From positions 153,858-217,857 of the forward strand of contig JAFZWY010000008.1 in NCBI GenBank assembly GCA_017617125.1: a DNA stretch of 64,000 bases, in the 5' to 3' direction. Made by a program: the position numbers and the translations under genes. The notes under the pieces are model-generated. The model was not told where the DNA came from. It made no database searches and worked only from the letters and a program-made list of their open reading frames with translations. Source of the stretch: Bacteroidales bacterium (GTDB lineage: Bacteria; Bacteroidota; Bacteroidia; Bacteroidales; ML635J-15). Of this stretch, positions 59,950 through 64,000 are shown piece after piece. The stretch's first letter is position 1. Every line of letters starts with the position of its first letter.

Positions 59950-62900
59950 ATGGGTATAATTAGTTTTTTGTCTAAGATGTTCGGTACCAAGTCGGAACGC
60001 GACTTGAAGGCACTGACACCAATACTTAACGAAATACTTGCTCTCGAGGACGAATTTCTCGCATTGTCGAACGACGAGCTGAGAAGCCGTACTCAGGAAC
60101 TTCGCAAAGGTATTCACGAGCACATCAAGGACGAGGAAAATAAGATTGCCGAACTGAAGGAAAAGGCACAAAACCTCGACATTTGGGAACGCGAGGAGGT
60201 GTTCAACGAGGTTGACAAGATAGAAGAAAAAATCGACAAGAAAATCGAGGAGCATCTGCTCACAATTCTGCCGCAGGCGTTTGCAATACTGAAGGAAACC
60301 GCGCGCAGATTCAAGGACAATGCCGAAGTGGTGGTAACTGCTTCTGATTTTGACCGCGAGCTTGCAGCTTCAAACGATTTCGTGACCATCGACCGCGATA
60401 TGGCTATCTGGAAAAATTCGTGGGTTGCCGGCGGTAACACAGTAACATGGGATATGGTTCACTACAACGTTCAGCTTATCGGTGGTATTGTTTTGCATCA
60501 AGGAAAAATCGCTGAAATGGCAACCGGTGAAGGTAAAACCCTCGTGGCTACTTTGCCAGTATTCCTAAACGCATTGACGGGTAGGGGCGTACACGTTGTA
60601 ACCGTGAACGACTACCTTGCAAAACGTGACTCCGAATGGATGGGACCGCTGTATATGTTCCACGGTTTGTCGGTAGATTGCATCGACAAGCACGAACCAA
60701 ACAGCGAGGCTCGTCGCAAGGCTTACGCATCAGATATTACTTTCGGTACTAACAACGAGTTCGGTTTCGACTATTTGCGCGACAACATGGCACTTTCGCC
60801 TGCCGATCTTGTTCAGCGCAAGCACAACTATGCAATTGTCGATGAGGTCGACTCGGTACTTATCGATGATGCACGTACGCCTTTGATTATTTCAGGTCCT
60901 ACACCAAAGGGCGACGACCAGTTGTTCGACGACTTGAAACCTCAGGTTCAGCAACTTGTTGCAGCTCAGAAGGATTTGTTCAACAAGATCTTCAACGACG
61001 CAAAGAAACTTATATCAGAATCCAACCTGAAGGATGGTGGTTTCAAGTTGTTGCAGGCTTACAAGGCATTGCCTAAGAACAAGGCTCTCATTAAGTTCCT
61101 TTCGGAACAGGGTATGAAGGCATTGTTGCAGAAGACCGAAAACTTCTACATGCAGGACAACAACAAGATGATGCATCTTGCAACCGATGATTTGTATTTC
61201 GTTATCGAAGAAAAGCTTAACTCGGTTGACCTTACCGATAAAGGTTTCGACCTGCTTGCAAATTCGACATCGGATCCTAATTTCTTCGTGATGCCGGACA
61301 TTGGTGTTGCTCTTGCCGAACTTGAGAAGGAAAATCTTCCTACTCCGGAGAAATTGCAGAAAAAGGATGAAATTATCCGCGATTATTCAATAAAGTCGGA
61401 ACGTATCCATACTATAAACCAGTTGCTTAAGGCATACACCATGTTCGAAAAGGATGTGGACTATGTTATTATCGACAACAAGGTAAAGATTGTTGACGAG
61501 CAGACAGGCCGTATTATGGAAGGCCGCCGCTGGTCGGATGGTTTGCACCAGGCTGTTGAATCGAAGGAAAATGTAAAGGTCGAGGCTGCAACCCAGACCT
61601 ACGCAACAATTACCTTGCAGAACTATTTCAGAATGTACCACAAACTTTCGGGTATGACCGGTACTGCAGAAACCGAGGCTGGTGAATTCTGGGACATCTA
61701 CAAACTTGATGTCGTGACAATTCCAACCAACAAGCCTGTTGTCCGCAACGACTATGAAGACCTTATTTATAAGACTACAAAGGAAAAATATGCAGCCGTT
61801 ATCGACGAAATCGAGCGTTTGGTTTCGATCGGACGTCCTGTGCTTGTTGGTACTACTTCGGTCGAAGTTTCCGAATTGCTTAGCAAGATTCTTACACGTA
61901 AGGGAATTAAGCATAATGTATTGAACGCTAAGTTGCACAAGCGTGAGGCCGACATTGTTGCCGAGGCTGGTCAGTCGAGTACAGTTACCATTGCAACCAA
62001 CATGGCAGGTCGTGGTACCGATATCAAGTTGTCGCCCGAAGTGCGTGCGGCTGGCGGTTTGGCAATCATTGGTACCGAGCGTCACGAGTCGCGTCGTGTC
62101 GACCGCCAGTTGCGTGGTCGTGCTGGTCGTCAGGGAGACCCGGGTTCGTCTCAGTTCTTCGTTTCTCTCGAGGACAACCTTATGCGTCTGTTCGGTTCCG
62201 ACAGAATTGCAGCTATCATGGACAGGATGGGACATCAGGAAGGAGAAGCAATCCAGCACTCCATGATTTCGAAATCTATAGAGCGCGCACAGAAGAAGGT
62301 TGAGGAAAATAACTTTGGTATTCGTAAGCATTTGCTCGAGTACGATGATGTTATGAACGCTCAGCGTACTGTAATATACAAAAAGCGTCGCAATGCTCTC
62401 GACGGAGAACGTCTTGGTGCCGACATTGCAAATATGATGAACGATGTGTGCGTTTCTGTGGTTGACGAATGCTATGGAAGCTACACATACGACGAGTTCA
62501 AGTTTGAGGTTTTCAAGACTTTGGCAATTGACATCGACCTCGAGGAGTCGAAGTACGATGAAATGTCGCGTAACGAACTGGTTGACTATCTGTACGAAAC
62601 TCTGCGCGAAACTCACAAGCGCAAGGCTCAGCAGATTGCAGAACAGGCATATCCGACTATCAAGTATGTATTCGAGAACAAGGGCAATATGTACAAGAAC
62701 ATTATTGTTCCGATTACCGATGGTGTAAAGACGTACAATGTGGTTGTGAACTTGGAGAAGGCATACCAGACCAAGGGCGAGGAGATCGTTCATGCTTACG
62801 ACAAGACAGCAGTTCTCCGCAATATCGATGAGTCGTGGAAGGAGCATCTGCGCGAGATGGACGATTTGCGTCAGTCGGTTCGTGCTGCTTCGTACGAGCA

Positions 62901-63255
62901 GAAAGACCCGTTGCTGATTTACAAGCTTGAATCTTACAACATCTTCAAGGAAATGCTCGACAAGACCAATCGTTCTATCATTTCGATATTGATGAAGGCG
63001 TACATCCCGATGTCGAATCCGGACGAGGTTAAGGAAGCACATCAGCCGCGCCAGAGGCTGGATACTAGCCGTATGCGTACTGGTCGTGAGGAAATCGGTG
63101 GCAACCATCCGCAGTACAACGACCCGAGCGCAGGTAAGCCCAAGAACGAGCCTGTTCGCGTGGAGAAGAAGGTCGGCAGAAATGACCCGTGTCCGTGCGG
63201 CAGTGGCAAGAAGTTCAAGAATTGCCACGGTGCAATGATGGGAGAGAATGAATAA
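59950..63255 (+). CDS. secA: Preprotein translocase subunit SecA
   Basis: [38 protein letters not shown] and the SEC-C motif [19 protein letters not shown]. Confidence 0.98.
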   Translation: MGIISFLSKMFGTKSERDLKALTPILNEILALEDEFLALSNDELRSRTQELRKGIHEHIKDEENKIAELKEKAQNLDIWEREEVFNEVDKIEEKIDKKIEEHLLTILPQAFAILKETARRFKDNAEVVVTASDFDRELAASNDFVTIDRDMAIWKNSWVAGGNTVTWDMVHYNVQLIGGIVLHQGKIAEMATGEGKTLVATLPVFLNALTGRGVHVVTVNDYLAKRDSEWMGPLYMFHGLSVDCIDKHEPNSEARRKAYASDITFGTNNEFGFDYLRDNMALSPADLVQRKHNYAIVDEVDSVLIDDARTPLIISGPTPKGDDQLFDDLKPQVQQLVAAQKDLFNKIFNDAKKLISESNLKDGGFKLLQAYKALPKNKALIKFLSEQGMKALLQKTENFYMQDNNKMMHLATDDLYFVIEEKLNSVDLTDKGFDLLANSTSDPNFFVMPDIGVALAELEKENLPTPEKLQKKDEIIRDYSIKSERIHTINQLLKAYTMFEKDVDYVIIDNKVKIVDEQTGRIMEGRRWSDGLHQAVESKENVKVEAATQTYATITLQNYFRMYHKLSGMTGTAETEAGEFWDIYKLDVVTIPTNKPVVRNDYEDLIYKTTKEKYAAVIDEIERLVSIGRPVLVGTTSVEVSELLSKILTRKGIKHNVLNAKLHKREADIVAEAGQSSTVTIATNMAGRGTDIKLSPEVRAAGGLAIIGTERHESRRVDRQLRGRAGRQGDPGSSQFFVSLEDNLMRLFGSDRIAAIMDRMGHQEGEAIQHSMISKSIERAQKKVEENNFGIRKHLLEYDDVMNAQRTVIYKKRRNALDGERLGADIANMMNDVCVSVVDECYGSYTYDEFKFEVFKTLAIDIDLEESKYDEMSRNELVDYLYETLRETHKRKAQQIAEQAYPTIKYVFENKGNMYKNIIVPITDGVKTYNVVVNLEKAYQTKGEEIVHAYDKTAVLRNIDESWKEHLREMDDLRQSVRAASYEQKDPLLIYKLESYNIFKEMLDKTNRSIISILMKAYIPMSNPDEVKEAHQPRQRLDTSRMRTGREEIGGNHPQYNDPSAGKPKNEPVRVEKKVGRNDPCPCGSGKKFKNCHGAMMGENE

Positions 63256-63279
63256 TGGACAATTAACAATGGACAATTT

Positions 63280-63307
63280 GTAGAGACGTTGCGCGCAACG
63301 TCTCTAC
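63280..63307. repeat. GTAG-type REP-like palindrome
   Basis: GTAGAGACGTTGCGCGCAACGTCTCTAC is a perfect 28-bp palindrome. Confidence 0.8.
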
Positions 63308-63489
63308 ATGTTTTTTACCACCTCAACAACCTAAACCTACAAACCTAGAAATTAGAAACTTAAAATATGTTGTAAATCATCTTTAAAAAGTTTTGCGGAT
63401 TGAAATAATTACTAATTTTGCACAAGTCTAAAATGGACGATAGAGAATTTTAAGTAGTTAATTATAAACAATTTAATAAAAATTTTGAA

Positions 63490-64000
63490 ATGAAGGCATA
63501 TAATTTTAACGCAGGTCCATGCGTACTGCCAAAAGAAGCGATTGAATCTACTATCAACGCTATCCGTGATTTTGATAACACCGGTATCGGTCTTATGGAA
63601 ATTTCTCACCGTACACCAGGTTGGGAACGTACAATGGAAGAAACTCGCCAGCTTTGGAGAGACATCCTCAACATTCCTGCCGAATACGAAATATTGTTCC
63701 TCGGTGGTGGTGCTAGCACCCAGTTTATGACCGTTCCGGCTAACTTGCTCAACAAGAAGGCTGCTTACTTGCAGACTGGTGTTTGGGCTAAGAAGGCTGC
63801 CAAGGAAGCTAAACTTTTCGGTAATGTCGAAATCGTTGCTTCGTCGGAAGACAAGACTTACAGCTACATTCCTAAGGGATGGAACGTTCCTGCTGATGCA
63901 GACTACTTCCACATCACAACCAACAACACCATTTACGGTACCGAAATCCGCAAGGACTTCGACGCTAGCGAAATCAACAACGTAATGCTTGTTGCTGATA
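63490..64000 (+). CDS. serC: Phosphoserine aminotransferase (runs off the window edge)
   Basis: Not in the ORF track. Manual translation gives MKAYNFNAGPCVLP...LMEISHR...LFLGGGASTQF...TGVWAKKA...HITTNNTIYGTE. Confidence 0.95.
   Translation, partial: MKAYNFNAGPCVLPKEAIESTINAIRDFDNTGIGLMEISHRTPGWERTMEETRQLWRDILNIPAEYEILFLGGGASTQFMTVPANLLNKKAAYLQTGVWAKKAAKEAKLFGNVEIVASSEDKTYSYIPKGWNVPADADYFHITTNNTIYGTEIRKDFDASEINNVMLVAD

Noticed and set aside
1-64000. tRNA/rRNA genes, integrase, prophage
   Set aside because: None recognised by inspection; tRNAscan-SE and barrnap were not run.

Overview
Chromosomal window from a Bacteroidota bacterium, most likely Bacteroidales. This is inferred from TAnnTTTG -7 promoter boxes, a T9SS-type protein, and the Bacteroidota forms of SecA and Rho. 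The backbone is housekeeping: rsfS, an M23 peptidase, dxr, glyA, pheT, rho, ispD-like, a surface-glycan cluster, cca, ilvE, alkaline phosphatase, an S9 peptidase, apbE, secA and serC. Three accessory patches interrupt it. (1) 2.8-5.0 kb: an AAA-ATPase/PD-(D/E)XK gene bracketed by an 88-bp direct repeat built of palindromes. (2) 6.5-12 kb: a DUF2075-type nuclease-helicase, a small ORF, a Nudix gene, Fic and RhuM; the last two share a duplicated ~70-bp upstream element. (3) 34.5-44.5 kb: a WYL-domain regulator island. The two strongest unexplained signals are (a) seven DriD-like palindromic boxes (ACG[A/C]C-N7-G[T/G]CGT), six of which lie exactly 8 bp upstream of a full or partial -7 box in front of the WYL gene and mostly unknown genes, i.e. 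an apparent WYL-activated regulon; and (b) two different ATPase-nuclease genes, each wrapped in its own helically phased direct-repeat array, plus a possible empty site of the same 33-bp geometry, suggesting self-mobilising single-gene cassettes. No rRNA, tRNA, CRISPR array, integrase or IS transposase was recognised. All product calls come from motif recognition by eye; no searches were run.
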